Assembly (NCBI RefSeq): GCF_002571385.2
Contig: NW_019217879.1
Coordinates: forward strand, 519,561-583,418
Length of the DNA: 63,858 bases
Direction: 5' to 3'
Source of the DNA: Stylophora pistillata
Taxonomy: Eukaryota
In this document: piece after piece, positions 61,460-63,858 of the stretch
How positions within the stretch are numbered: the stretch's first letter is position 1
Layout of the letters: each line of letters opens with the position of its first letter
Program-made: the position numbers and the translations under genes
Notes under the pieces: model-generated
What the model was told of the DNA's origin: nothing
Seen by the model: the letters and a program-made list of their open reading frames with translations, nothing else
Databases searched by the model: none

Positions 61460-61945
61460 TAGATGCCATGATAGTATTGTGGTTAGCATACTGGACTCCA
61501 CATCTGAAGGTTTGGGTACAAGTCTTTGCTGGAGCATAGTTAACTATGGCTGGAGTTCTGGTTTTGTGTCTTGTGGCAAGACTTACACTCTCATACTGTA
61601 TGTGAGTCAAGTGAGTTGATGGGGTGCCAGTCCTTCACAAGGTCATCCCTAGCCTTTCATCAGACTTCGCCAAGAATTTACAGGTAGCCATTTATATTCC
61701 TAAGTGGAGAGAGGCACTGTGAGGGTGAACAGTTTTGCCTAAGAACACAGCATAATGATCTGACCAGGTCTTCAACCTTGACCTCTCAACCCAGAGTCTT
61801 GCAGACTGAGCAATAAGCTACCTTGTCTCCAACACATCAGTGAGTCCCACCAAACTGACTGGAAAGCCTAGCTAGCATCCCTTCCTACTCCTAGTGGTTC
61901 CATGCCAGGGGAGCAGAAATAAGCTGTGGTGGTATGGGCCAGAGG
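61460..61945. mobile_element. Nested degenerate CORE-like SINEs (plus copy interrupted by a minus copy at ~61600-61830)
   Basis: GTGGTTAGCATACTGGACTCC..TGTGTCTTGTGGCAAGAC on the plus strand, and GAGAGAGGCACTGTGAGGG..TTGCCTAAGAACACAGC as the reverse copy. Confidence 0.5.
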
Positions 61946-62828
61946 ACTTGGGGGGAGGGGAGCCACGCCATTATTTTGTATGTGCACCCAAATTCAAGGT
62001 CTTGAAATTCAATCAGGGAATTCACATTCACAATCTTGAACATCAGTTAATGTGAGCAGTGGTACAGGCTGACATGTGATACACTGTGCTTATTCACCCA
62101 TATGAATAAAGGCTTGATTGGAACTAATATGCATGGAAAATGGACTATTACTGTGTTTCTGATTCTCACTTCTATCTTGCCATATCTTTCTTTCCTCTTT
62201 TGTTTTTTTCCAAACTTAGCATTAAATTCCAGTTTCCACCACCAGCTGCTTCTGGACAAAGACAGAGCATGGAAACTGTAATAGGAAACTGTAAATAAAA
62301 AGTCGAGCCAGTTTTTTACGCTTATCGTAATAGTTGGGTATGAATCTTTGCCCAAGTGAACAAAATATCTTCAAAATTACTCAATTTACCCAAACGTAAG
62401 TTTTTCTCATCCTCTGATGTTTTGTCTGAATCCAACTGACCCAACCACACCTAATTAGTTGGATATCAAATAGAAAAGTAGGTCTACAGTGCTTACACAT
62501 ATGGGCTTAGGAACGTAACGCTATTAGCATGCACAAATTAAATGTCACATGTTTTAACAAAAGCATTCATTTCAAGATGCAATCTCATCAGGAGAATTGA
62601 GATTTTGCCGGTGTTTCTTGCACCACAATGCCCACCTCCTCTCCCTCTACCACGTCTACCTCTTCTATTTCCACTGCAACCACTGCTGCTATTGTCACTT
62701 ACAGGTAGCGTTAGTCCTTTTCCACGCGATCTAGGTTGCTTTCCTCCGCGTGAAGCACCATTGGTGTTGGCTACCCCTTAACCTGATACACTCGTAGTTT
62801 GTCTCAAGGTAGCAGGTGCGGGAGCTGA

Positions 62829-63188
62829 TGACAGACAGACAGACATCTATATTTATACAGGATAGCCCCTTCAGTGTAGTAAACACTGGTATCAACGGGA
62901 GTCCTGTTACCCACCCATCCCACCCCAGGGGAGGACATCCATCACACAGTAATCTCGTGCGTGGGAAATTAACGTCTCCTGCCCCTAACCCTGCAGGAGA
63001 CGGGACCTCCATTTATTCGTCCCTATCCGAGAAGACTAGAATATCTAACCATTTCTTGATGTTAAAGAAAGGAAGCATATTCTTCTCAGTTAATTTTAAG
63101 ACCCTGAGTGTTGGTCCGGCCGGTATTGAACTCTCGACCTCCCGCACAGCAGTCCGGCGCTCTCCCAATTGAGCTAACCAGGCGGCGG
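62829..63188 (-). mobile_element. tRNA-derived SINE with a Nin-like central domain
   Basis: Minus strand: GGTTAGCTCAATTGGGAGAGCGCCGGAC..GTTCAATACC (A/B boxes), GGTCTTAAAATTAACTGAG..GGTTAGATATTCTAGTCTTCTCGGATAGGGAC (recalled as Nin-SINE core), and a (TGTC)n tail. Confidence 0.75.
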
Positions 63189-63858
63189 TTAAAGGTGGGC
63201 GCCCTCCAACATGTACAAAACACAAAACATTAACAGGCCCGAAAAGACACGCCACAACACAACTAAACGTAGGCCTAGAAATTCATCACTCTAGGTAAGA
63301 CAATATGGTAATTAGCAATTACAAACGACAAAACAAAAACAAAAACAAAAAACAAAAAACTAAATTATTTACCCTAATTACAATAATACGATAAAACTAA
63401 ATTGCTGAATTATTTACCTTAATTACTTTACAAGAATTTACAAATCCTTCATTATATACGGACGCAAAGTGCGAGAAAAAAGGGAAGAAAACTAGTGAAT
63501 ATAGAGAATAAAGATTAATTACACAAGTAAAAGATGCGAATTACGTGATAGATACAAATAACTCACACTAGACATATTCTAAGAAAGTAAAAAAATGCAT
63601 TATATAATCCTAAGTTAATTCTTTTGAATGCTTTAATGACACCGCACTAGCAGTCAAAACTAGCATTGTCCCGACAATGTTATACAATGTTATACAATGT
63701 TATTTTTCTCTTCTGTTGCATCCGCGCTAAAATGTCGCAGCTGTTTAAGCTGTTAAATTCGGAACTGCCAAAAAAAAGACCGATACTATATTTCATTGTA
63801 ATTAATTTAAAGTAGCTTTTCTTTTCCGTTGCTTTGAGTGGGAACTTCGGATCTCGTT

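Noticed and set aside
63110-63188. tRNA gene
   Set aside because: The tRNA-like head runs into a SINE body and tail, and no convincing acceptor stem was seen.

Overview
This is AT-rich, intron-containing animal DNA. The repeat families suggest a scleractinian coral, possibly Pocilloporidae (inference only). There are two N gaps, at 21720-22175 and 49540-49550. Genes in order: an intronless ELAV/Hu-like 3-RRM gene (+); three Tctex1-domain dynein light chain paralogues with intronless CDS (one divergent, one pseudogene, one canonical); 12-exon UGCG (-); an uncharacterised 12-exon coiled-coil gene (+, one apparent frameshift); RWDD3 (-, apparent frameshift), head-to-head with DYNC2LI1 (+, one exon missing, probably in the gap); and NIM1K (+). 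RFX X-box motifs lie near the canonical Tctex gene, DYNC2LI1 and NIM1K, suggesting a ciliary gene neighbourhood. Introns and intergenic DNA hold many mobile elements: a Kolobok-like/IS3EU-like/Penelope nest, Penelope-type fold-back inserts with minimal hammerhead ribozyme motifs and 13-bp TSDs, a decayed Ngaro/DIRS element, LINE and SINE fragments, MITEs, and a family of hairpin-ended elements. One member of that family carries a Crypton-like recombinase fragment, and another forms an inverted concatemer with a flipped hairpin loop. All exon models were read by eye and no database searches were run.
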